The notes beneath the pieces were generated by a model. The model searched no databases, was not told the origin of the DNA, and was given only the letters and a program-made list of their open reading frames with translations. The position numbers were made by a program, and so were the translations under genes. Shown piece after piece: positions 54,001 through 64,000 of a stretch of 64,000 bases of DNA. Each line of letters opens with the position of its first letter. Positions within the stretch are counted from its first letter, which is position 1. Source of the stretch: Mytilus edulis (lineage: Eukaryota); assembly GCF_963676685.1 (NCBI RefSeq), contig NC_092352.1, forward strand, positions 46,996,001 through 47,060,000, written 5' to 3'.

Positions 54001-57000
54001 TTAATTATGTGAGAAAACCTGAAGAATGAAAACATGGTCTCATACAAGAATCTGTGTATATATAACAACATCTAACACCAGATTTCAAACCATGTATAGA
54101 ATACTGCTAACTTACTGTATGTTTAAGATATTTTCAAAAAGTTGTATTTTAAAATGATATTTGACAAACATAAAAATAATATTTGATATAGACTTATTAT
54201 CTAGCCATCAGTTTTCAATGTTTGTGAAAACTCCTTAAGAATTAAGAGTTTCTGAACATTAAAGTTGTTATAAAATTAAATAAAAGTATGACTTACATTG
54301 TGTCGGTTATTTCATTTTTTTCTAAGAACAAGACTATTTATTCTCTGATCACAGGGAAATAGCAACTTATAACAAATTTATGCCTATGTATTAAAATTTA
54401 CAAGATCTAAAGGCATCTTAAGGTTAAGTTTACCTGTTCTCTTAAAACAGCTATTTCTGTTCTTAGGTCTGAGTCAGAAGACACATGTATAGCCTGTATA
54501 CTATCTCCACCTATGCCTTGCTGAAATTTAACAAAGTAATATATCAATTATGATAAGTGTCTAACATGCTTTCTTGAAAGTACTTCAACTCAAATTTCAT
54601 GTACTGGGTAAGTTTAGGTGAACATGATTTTTTTTTTATCATTTGCTTTTGGCTTAGAACTAGCTTTCAGCAACTATGAGTACTCTTAGATCGGTACTTT
54701 GTGTCTTTTTTTTCTATAAGGTAGTTGTTTTTTTCTATTCTTTTTGTTGGTGCTTCAAGCCAATCTGATGAGCCAAGCCATTGATTTGTAGTTTGATTAT
54801 ATGTTGTGCAGCTACACCATTGTCTTACAATAATAAGGGTTACAAACTCACAAACAAGGTCTAATTTTTTGTACATTCTGTATATGCATGTCTTAAGTTA
54901 GGATTCTGTAATTGAGTGGTTTCTTTGGTTGCTGTCTGTTGCATCTGTTTTTCATTTATTGATTTCACATAAAACAGGCAGATAGTTTATTTTATTTGAA
55001 AAGATTATCAATTCAACATGCCTTCTTATAGATGTTCATTGTTAAAGGCTGCACAGTATCCTATACTTACTTAATTCAACATCTTTTAGACTCTGTTGGA
55101 TAGTTGTGTCATTGGCCATCATTGGATAGTTCTGTCATTGGCCATCATTGGATACTTGTATCATTGGATCAATATCTCATTGGTGGCAATCATTGGATAG
55201 TTGTCTCATAGGAAATTATACCACATCTATTTCTTCTATATTGTAAGAGATATTGTATTGCATCAAATAAATTGTTTTTTAGATTGAACTCAAGCCCTGA
55301 TCAGATTTCCCAGATACTGGCATAATGTCACAAGACAACTAAGTTCTGCCCTCACTTATTTAAACCTACCCTAAGAACACTAAGTTCTGCCTCTCTGGCT
55401 AATTGTTCTCTGTTAATTGCATTCAATGATTCCTCTAATTCTCTCTTGTCCTTCTGCAGCTGGTCATAAGATACCTGATATTCTGCTAGCTGAGCTTGAA
55501 GGGCATCTTTTGCCGACTGCAATAAAATTATAAGTGTTTAGAGAGTTTATTAATTTAAACAATTGTTAATATGAGTGATGGCTGAATTAGAAACCATTAA
55601 AAAAATAGGTTTTAAAATTAAAATAAACCAAAATATGTAATCATATAAATAATTTATTTAGGCTACATGTCAATAACACAACACAACCTGTCAAGATGTA
55701 TTTGCAATCAACAAATTTCAAACAGATGTTGAACTATGTCAAGCAAACTCAGCCAGTTGGACAACACTGAGAGGCTTATCCTATCACGGTCATGCTAAAC
55801 TTATTTAATAATATAAAGATGAAATACATGTTTGTTCAAAACTAATGTTGATGTATGAAATTAAATCTGTACTGCACTAATATGAGAGTGTAAGACAACA
55901 TGGTTTAATTTTAAAAGGTGCAAGTAATCCAAAAATGGTATAGTTAATCATTGTTTGGTTTGTGCCTGTATTTTTGTTATCTATTGTTCAATTTATAAAA
56001 ACAGAGCAAAGGTCTTGACCCTGGTCTCAATACCCACTCTTGTCTATAATTAAGTGATTTCATTTGTTTTACATCAATCAGATCTAACATGTTCGAGTGT
56101 GACAGACAGACAGACAGACAAACAAAGAAACAGACATCAAACATTATCAAACAACGCTCCCCTTATTCTAAGCAAGGATATAAGAACCATGACTATAAGG
56201 TGATAGTCATTACCTCGAAATATTGAATGCATATAAAGGGTTTTTAAGGTTGGATTTTTATACCTCTTCATCCTCAAGTCTATTCTTGGTAGTTAATAAA
56301 ATTCTGTCATATTCACATCTTCGTGTTTCATCTTCTAAATTCATTTTTGTAAGCTGTTCTTTTAAAGTTTCAATCTGATATTGAGAATGTTTTGTTTTGT
56401 TTTCTTGGTCAGATCTCATTTCTTTGAACATCTTCTCCCATCTTGAATTGGCTTGCAGTAACTAAAATGAAATAAAATAGTAAATATTGACAAAGTGATA
56501 TACAGAATATTCTTGATATTTTAAGACCGAGTGTTTCTGAGACAAGATTGAATTAATCATTTGTTCTGGTACTCAAGTCTCACATGTGTATATGTTATAC
56601 ATTTCATACGATTAGCAACAAAACAACAACCCTTAATAGAAAAAGTCCTGTCATATACATAAAGAAAAGAAAAAAGTGTCTGAGGATTTGTGTGCCCCTG
56701 CTCAAGCTATGCAATGAAAATGGGAAAGATGGACTGAAAAAGCGAACAGTCATGGGTAACACTTACAGCCCCCACCATTGAATGACTACAGGGGCGTAAT
56801 AAAAGGAGGTACTATAAGGATTCATTATTATTCCACACTTACAGCCCCCATCATTGACTGACTACAGGGACGTAATAAAAGAAGGTACTATAAGGATTCA
56901 TTATTATTCCACACTTACAGCCCCCATCATTGACTGACTACAAGGACGTAATAAAAGAAGGTACTATAAGGATTCATTATTATTCCACACTTACAGCCCC

Positions 57001-60000
57001 CATCATTGACTGACTACAGGGGCGTAATAAAAGGAGGTTCTAAAAGGATTCATTATTATTCCACACTTACAGCCCCCATCATTGACTGACTACAGGGACG
57101 TAATAAAAGGAGGTACTATAAGGATTCATTATTATTCCACACTTACAGCCCCCATCATTGACTGACTACAGGGAAGTAATAAAAGGAGGTAATATAAGGA
57201 TTCATTATTATTCCCACAATAGAAGTTTTTGTATATTTCATGGGTACAGGTCAACCAAGAATTGAAAGGTTCAAGGAATGATAAATTTTCTATAGGCTTG
57301 TAGAGGGGGGTTGGAGGGGTCCTGATCCCGAAATCCTGGGGTTAAAAACATAAAATTTTGAGGTCCCGAATTGAAAAAAAAATTAAATCTCGACATCCCG
57401 AAATTCGAAAAAAAAACAGGATCCAGAAAGGGTAAATCCTGAGCTTAAAAACATCCGATACCGACATCCCGAAAAAAAGGTCCTGCCCCTCCTTGTATGC
57501 AGACTTTTCAACACTACAAATTAAATAACCACAAATATGCAAGTTTTCCTCACTCTACAAAAAAAATAATGAATCCATAATATTTGGTTAGTATCAATGA
57601 CACAGTAACCATTTAAAACAAAAAACAAAAGAGCCATCTGGTGGCCAAAATACAATTGATTGCTTGCTTGCATCCCAGAAAATCAATTGTATTGCCAAAA
57701 ATGAATTCAAAATTATCAGTAGTTTATAGAATGCAGCAGAGCTCTTTTTTAATACCAGACAGTAAATAGTCATCACTGAGCAGTGAATAAAATACATAAA
57801 ATGGTTCAGTGTAGGAAGAGAACCTGTACCTTAACAAGAAAAAGAAAGTTATAAAACAAACCTCTCTGTTCTGCTGTTCCAGTTTTTGAAGTCTTGTTGA
57901 ATTTTCTGTGGTCTGTGTTGACTCTTTTTCTACAATTTTACTCTTCTGAGAAAAGAATTATAAAAAGACACGTTAAATTTAGAAACATGATTTACTACTT
58001 GTACATTAAACACACTACAAATAGTTCATAATCTGATCAAAGAAAACTTGTAAGAATAAAAGGAACAATGTCTTTCAATTTCATTTATTATAAATGTAAA
58101 ATTGTAGGAACATCAAAACAGATAATAACCAATAAGGAGTAAGGAGGAATGAATATACAATTCATACATTAGATGGGGGTCTCATTTGGGGGGTTCCGAT
58201 CCCGGATCCTGCTTACTGTTTTGTCAGATTCCCGTATCCCGCTTACACTATGTACGTAAGCAATTCTCATTTTTTTGTAATTTCCTGGGTCCCGCAAGAC
58301 CTCATTTCCCGTTTTCACGACACAATAATTTGACTTTCACATGTCACGCTTACAAAAAATCGGCAATCCTGTGTCACGCTTATACCCCAATGAGACCCAC
58401 TTAGATATCAAAGAGTTCTCTAATTAGCCATATGAAATATCCTGTTCCTCAATACTCTTCAACTTATTACTTTATTTGGCCTTTTTAACATTTTTTTGAT
58501 TCGAGCCTCACTGATGAATCTTTTGTAGACGAAATGTGCGTCTGGCATAAATATAAAATTTTAATCCTGGTATCTATGATGAGTTTATTATGTAGAATCA
58601 ATTACTGCAAATTCATTTTTTTATCTTGGGATACATATTCAGTTTTTTCCTGGGTACAGGAGAACCACAATTTAAATGTAACAGATATTTTCATAGAAAT
58701 GGAAGCAGACTTTTTCAAAAATTAGAATTTAAATATGCACAAAAATGAAGTTTTCCTCAATTACAATATTTGGCAAGCAGGAAAATACATGCATCCCCAG
58801 TGTGGACTTTTGTTTCTTCTTTACTTTGGAGCAAGTTGGAAAAAAAGTTAGTCTGGCTACTTCTGGTTTGAGGCCAATGCAATGTCTTAGATATGTATAT
58901 TGCCATAAGAAGCTATAACTAACTTTCCAAAAACAAATATGTTCTCTGTAGTCTCAAATAAGTTGAAGCAGCCAATGCTATATTCATACCACTTGTAAAT
59001 GTTATTACTGTTGACATTTTTTATGTCATATTTGATAAAAGTACATTAATTAAAATACTTTTAAAAGTACCACATTTATGTGTATGTAAACAATGAAATC
59101 TTTATTATCTAACATGAACAACAAATAACACATTATTTTAATAGCAGTGTAACCACAATATCCTTTTTGTGGTTTTTAGTAAAAAATTGTATAATGTGGA
59201 TAATATTTACATACTTTTTCACATTAAAAAGTTGAAAGTAAGTCTGGTATAACCTTTGCCTTTTTAAAAAATCTTGTTTTTATTTTTGAGGCTATAAAGC
59301 ATGTGACGTTGGGTATTTAAAATAGGATGTTTATGATTTATTAAACAAATAAATGTGGTATTTTTACCCAAAAATGAAATTTCCTGCGGACATCATGTTC
59401 TATTTTCAAAGAACACAGGGATATAACAGATTATATGCTTATGATTCCGGGTTTGTTTTCAAAAAATTTTTTCACAGAATACATGAGATTTAATACTGAA
59501 ACCTTTCTACCATGAAATTAAAAGCTTCCCTTAATAATTTGATATTTTATTAATCTTTTCACTGTGTGCCGGAAAACACTAAACTGAAACTTGGCTGTTT
59601 TTTTCATTAGGAAAATGTAACAACAAAAATAGTTTTAATCTAAGAGACCACAGACATAACAATTTGAAATTCACACAATACTGCAGATGTGTGTACAAAA
59701 AACCAAAAACCAAAAGAGCAACAAAAATGCCATATTTGTGAATACACGAATTAAACTTGGAAAAGCTGTGTTACAATTGAATCTTATTTCATTCCTTCAA
59801 AATTAATCTATAATATCAATTGAACTGTTGCCATGGAAATGTTAGCCATACTGGTACCTGTAATTCTGATTTGCTGACATAGTCCCAGTCTACAACTTGA
59901 GTCTGTGATGACAGCGACTCAGTAGGAGATACATTATTAACTTGAAGTTCTAACTGCTGAACTTTTCTTAAAAGACGATGGTTTTCTTCCCTGTAAAATA

Positions 60001-61650
60001 TGGTTTATGTTGTAAAACATAACAGTTTTTAACCTTTTTATCATACCAAATAAGTGTTAATTTTTCATTTAATTTTTTTTTTCTAGAACAACAAATAGAT
60101 ACAGAAGTTAAAAATTAGAAAAGATACAATGACCATCTGTAGGTACATACATATAGGTCAGGCCAATGTTTCATTATTTGCTTCCGATGGGTTCTTTATC
60201 ATGTGAGTTCCTGAACATATGTTTTTTTACTATAGTCAGTTAAAAATTCTCAAAATTGTCTTAAGTCATCATTTACACCTTCTGAATAATAAAAATACAT
60301 TATTCTGTAAAGAATTGATGATGGGAAAACTCATTAAAAGGCACTGGATCCATTTTTGGACTCTTCATATTCATATTTTTTTTCAACCTGTTTTTATGTG
60401 TCCTGGCCTTGCACTCATAAATTCCAGTAAAGATTTTGCACTTTGAATATGGAGTAAAGTTAAAAGACCAAAAGCCTATAGGACTCATGCACTTGTCAAA
60501 GTTAGTGATCTTTTAATCAGTTTGCAATGAACTTTTATCTCTGTTTCTAACATGAATAAACTTACAACAGTCTTTTATTTTCCACCTGAAAGAAAAGAAA
60601 ATAATTTCACGATAAAATTAAAGATTTGTTTTCATGTAAAAAAGATTAATTTCTTTTTGCTAATTTAAGATCTTATTTTTGCTGTTTTCCCATACACCTT
60701 GTCATGAGTTACTAAATAGTGGGAATGCATGCTCATTATCATTTACCACTGTTTCTTAACTTTTGCTCAATTTCATTGAGTTGTCCTCCCTTTTGAGTCA
60801 AATCCAAATCTAATTTCACTCATAAATATATAAAATTTGTTCAACCATTCCTTTTATGTTGCTTCAACATTGAAAACAAATTCACAAATTTTCAAAATTT
60901 AACACATAAGTTATATTGACTTCCAAAAGAATTATTTTCAGCCTCAATTCAGAATTTTTGTTGAGGTACTGTATAGTATTAAATAATAAAACTACCAAAC
61001 TGATTAGATTAGAATGTATTCACTGTACACTATCATTGTAGTGCCCTGTAGTTTGCTAAAATTTGCTTTATTTAGGTCTCAAGTGGATAGTTGTCCTATT
61101 GGCAATCACACCACATGTATATTTTTTATATTTTTGAATCCTTGTTTCTTTCAAGAATGTCTGAATCTGGAACACGTATGGAAGAGTTTTGTTTTTAAGA
61201 ATAATCATTTGGCTAAAAAGATTGATCAGCTTGACCAATGTTTATGATCGAGTTCTATTCTGTGTACATGTTATATCAATTCATTATAAAGAAATAAGTT
61301 TCTCCAGTCATCCACATGATAAATAATAAGTCAAGTTTTCTTTTCCTTTAATTGGAGCAGTAAAACTATACAATAAGATGGTTGTTTTGCAGTGGTTTTT
61401 TCTGCAAAAACCCTTTTTTGGGGCTTTAAACTTTGTAAACATTTTTTTTTTAATACATGTTTGTGAAATGTACATTAAGTATTACAGTTTAACAAACCTT
61501 AAAGTTTTCATTCTCCTCTTCTATCTTTGTGAGGTCAGGTAAAATATCTTCTAACATTTTCCTCATTTTTTGTGATGGCCCATCTGAGCCGAGGTCTCCA
61601 TTCATTATTTCATTCACATGGAGACTTAACGCTGTCTCAGACTTGGAGCA
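48035..61650 (-). CDS. TNIP1: TNIP1/ABIN-like coiled-coil ubiquitin adaptor with UBAN and C-terminal NZF zinc finger (13 exons, about 482 aa in window; probably 5'-incomplete)
   Basis: Exons 61650-61498, 60585-60566, 59990-59858, 57945-57862, 56461-56264, 55516-55370, 54520-54434, 53976-53830, 52238-52155, 51360-51195, 50396-50265, 49171-49137, 48097-48035 are all GT/AG with consistent phases. QNRELLQANSRWEKMFKEM..EYDRILLTTKNRLEDEE resembles TNIP1 ELLEVNKQWDQHFRSM..DFDRKLLLAKSKIEMEE. UBAN: VLREQLTVFQEDFDRERSDR. NZF: WNCDDCTYSNHPTRSVCEMC. The symbol is family-level; orthology is not tested. Confidence 0.85.
49293..49670 (-). mobile_element. Retrozyme-like monomer (~366 bp) with a hammerhead motif
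   Basis: Terminal redundancy taaataaa(c/t)tca at 49293 and 49659. Minus strand 49378-49336 reads gcgtca-CTGATAA-gtct/agac-GAAA-cgcacg-TC-tggc. Shares cactgggtc..cagtagtcag..ctgacatga with 38726-38808. Confidence 0.75.
50850..51146. repeat. Interspersed repeat with a long internal hairpin
   Basis: tgtaatattttttctgtctat..aaataacataaaaaatgtggt..cac (~51003-51052) is the inverse of gtg..accacattttttatgttattt..atagacagaaaaaatattaca (~51084-51135). Confidence 0.7.
56759..57214. repeat. Minisatellite, 76-bp unit x6
   Basis: acacttacagcccccatcattgactgactacaggg.cgtaataaaaggaggtactataaggattcattattattcc repeated near-identically. Confidence 0.95.
57303..57491. mobile_element. Short TIR element with 6-bp TSD, nested in another MITE
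   Basis: gagggg...cccctc termini; CTTGTA at 57297-57302 and 57492-57497. Confidence 0.75.
58175..58400. mobile_element. Short TIR element with 6-bp TSD
   Basis: gggggtctcatttgggg / ccccaatgagacccac; TTAGAT at 58169-58174 and 58401-58406. Confidence 0.8.
58440..58590 (+). mobile_element. Partial retrozyme-like repeat with hammerhead motif (58505-58548)
   Basis: gcctca-CTGATGA-atct tttgt agac-GAAA-tgtgcg-TC-tggca; same family as 49293-49670 in the opposite orientation. Confidence 0.65.
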
Positions 61651-61677
61651 CTATATAAAACAAAGCATAAACATGTA

Positions 61678-61885
61678 CTGTGGATTCAGTTAATTTTGTT
61701 TGTACCATCGTTCGTGGATTGCAGAAAACTTTTCCTTTCGAGGATATTTGTTTTCATGGTTTTGCCAAGGTATGCATACAATTTGATTCAAAATTTGTAA
61801 TTCGTTGAACATTTATATTTGAAGTTCACCTGTACCCACGAAAACCATGAAAATTGGTATCCGACGAATAATAATGAATCCGCAG
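61678..61885. mobile_element. TA-flanked MITE (Tc1/mariner-like)
   Basis: ta|ctgtggattca ... tgaatccgcag|ta; related copies at about 57195-57580 and 58600-58800. Confidence 0.7.
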
Positions 61886-62034
61886 TAGTCAAGTGTGACA
61901 GATTTTTTTCAGACTAAAAATACAATTGTACATATGAGCATTGAGAAGTGAATGAAACACAATAGAAAGTGCAGACTTTGACTGACGCTGACCTGTTAAA
62001 CTTTAGTGTAATCTACAACATATACAACTGTTTA

Positions 62035-62232
62035 CTATAAATTCAGAAACTATTTCGATTATTCTTGCGGAAATTGCGACAATCTTATAATAGCAATAAT
62101 TTAAACTCGCATTTTGAGATTTTTTATTTGAATTAAACAGGATTTTCAATATCGCAAAAATTAAAATAGCATTACAGTCTAAAATGACAAACTCACAATA
62201 ATAAATGCACGCAATAATTTCTGAATTTACAG
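62035..62232. mobile_element. TA-flanked MITE
   Basis: ta|ctataaattcagaaa ... tttctgaatttacag|ta. Confidence 0.7.
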
Positions 62233-63155
62233 TATACTATAAAATGTCCAAAGCAAATCCAAATCAAACAACTGCGGGTACAAATGATTTTTTCTTGTAG
62301 ATTCCTCATACCCCAGAAAAATATTGTCACACATATAAAACGGTGAACTTTTCAACTAACTGCTTGGACTACATAACAAACTTCACTTTGAGAGATTTTT
62401 CAGAGAAATATTAAGTTCAACATCTATAGCCACTTGGATCAACTAAAGGAAACTAAAGCTCCTAGAACAGGTATTTCTGTATTGCAGAACTGACACTGAT
62501 CATGTTGAACACATTTTTTATGACAATAATAATTATGTGTGTAAAACAAAATTTGATATCCACGATACCAAGTTCAAATTATATTACATAATATAAAAGT
62601 GTTGACAAGGCATATTAGAAATAGTTGATGTGCAAAAAATATTAATTTAAACGAATAATTTAAAAAAAATCTGTGAATATATTTTTGTTTTGCGTAAACA
62701 CCTTTACTGATAAATGATTCATACATTAATGTTGTGAGGGTCTTACATTTTTAAAGATTTTAAATATGCTGTCAGTTGTCTTAGTATATTTTCCCTCTTT
62801 TTGTTTTGTTCTAAGAAATTTCAGTATGGGTGCAAAGATTATGTGATGTCACTAAATATAAACGAGTCAGCAGAAAATCTACAGAAAATATAATTTTTGA
62901 AATAAAAAAATCTTATCCCATCTATATCTAACACAAATGCTTTTATAATAAAAGACCTTTGACTCTTTTTGAGATGACCTTTCACTTGAAATTTGATTGG
63001 TCCTGAACCTTTTGTATCTGTAAATTGAGAAATTATTATGTGGTTTTCATTAATATGCATAATGGGACTATGTGAATATTGCAATAGTTAGAACTTGCAT
63101 TTTGATATATATTACATATATTTGTATGCAGCTTTTGCTGAAATCACAATCACTA

Positions 63156-64000
63156 TTCTTTATAAGTCACAATAGTTTCTGAATTTACAGTGTTTAAAGC
63201 AATTACTATCCCCTAAACACAAAGCACTCTTCTTTATAAGTCACAATAGTTTCTGAATTTACAGTGTTTAAAGCAATTTCTATCCCCTAAACACAAAGCA
63301 CTCTTCTTTATAAGTCACAATAGTTTCTGAATTTACAGTGTTTAAAGCAATTACTAAATGTATCCCCTAAACACAAAGCACTCTTCTTTATAAGTCACAA
63401 TAGTTTCTGAATTTACAGTGTTTAAAGCAATTACTAAATGTATCCCCTAAACACAAAGCACTCTTCTTTATAAGTCACAATAGTTTCTGAATTTACAGTG
63501 TTTAAAGCAATTACTAAATGTATCCCCTAAACACAAAGCACTCTTCTTTATAAGTCACAATAGTTTCTGAATTTACAGTGTTTAAAGCAATTACTAAATG
63601 TATCCCCTAAACACAAAGCACTCTTCTTTATAAGTCACAATAGTTTCTGAAGTTACAGTGTTTAAAGCAATTACTAAATGTATCCCCTAAACACAAAGCA
63701 CTCTTCTTTATAAGTCACAATAGTTTCTGAATTTACAGTGTTTAAAGCAATTACTAAATGTATCCCCTAAATGCAAAGCACTCTTCTTTATAAGTCACAA
63801 TAGTTTCTGAATTTACAGTGTTTAAAGCAATTACTAAATGTATCCCCTAAACACAAAGCACTCTTCTTTATAAGTCACAATACTTTCTGAATTTACAGTG
63901 TTTAAAGCAATTACTATCCCCTAATCACAAAGCACTCTTCTTTATAAGTCACAATAGTTTCTGAATTTACAGTGTTTAAAGCAATTTCTATCCCCTAATC
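63156..64000. repeat. Minisatellite, 80-bp unit (74-bp variants), about 11 copies, runs off the window end
   Basis: tctttataagtcacaatagtttctgaatttacagtgtttaaagcaattac(taaatg)tatcccctaaacacaaagcactct. Confidence 0.95.

Noticed and set aside
56759-57214. CRISPR-like appearance of the 76-bp, 80-bp and 56/105-bp arrays
   Set aside because: Units are contiguous and near-identical, with no unique spacers and no cas genes, in a eukaryotic context.
1768-63084. Most remaining 60-115 aa ORFs in the track
   Set aside because: Low-complexity F/I/L/K-rich translations typical of AT-rich non-coding DNA, or antisense shadows of real exons.

Overview
AT-rich, intron-containing animal genomic DNA. The repeat families and gene types point to a bivalve, probably Mytilus (inference). 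The plus strand carries a tandem cluster of ATF3/JDP2/Fos-type bZIP genes: a last exon at 528-716, three complete 3-exon genes at about 22.3, 27.2 and 36.2 kb, and a possible intronless decayed copy at about 31.2 kb. This cluster is interrupted by two paralogous RING-less TRIM-like genes with an unusual B-box1/B-box2/coiled-coil/PDZ architecture (7.6-9.4 kb and 13.4-15.4 kb). The minus strand carries at least 13 coding exons (48.0-61.7 kb, probably 5'-incomplete) of a TNIP/ABIN-like ubiquitin adaptor with a LIR-like motif, a UBAN domain and a C-terminal NZF finger. Intergenic and intronic DNA holds a decayed Penelope-like RT and hammerhead-ribozyme retrozyme repeats. It also holds a deleted hAT element with a 5-bp TSD, several MITEs, a 2-kb non-coding duplication, and two minisatellites that include MITE termini. 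All gene models were spliced by eye from GT/AG sites and frame continuity; no database search was run.
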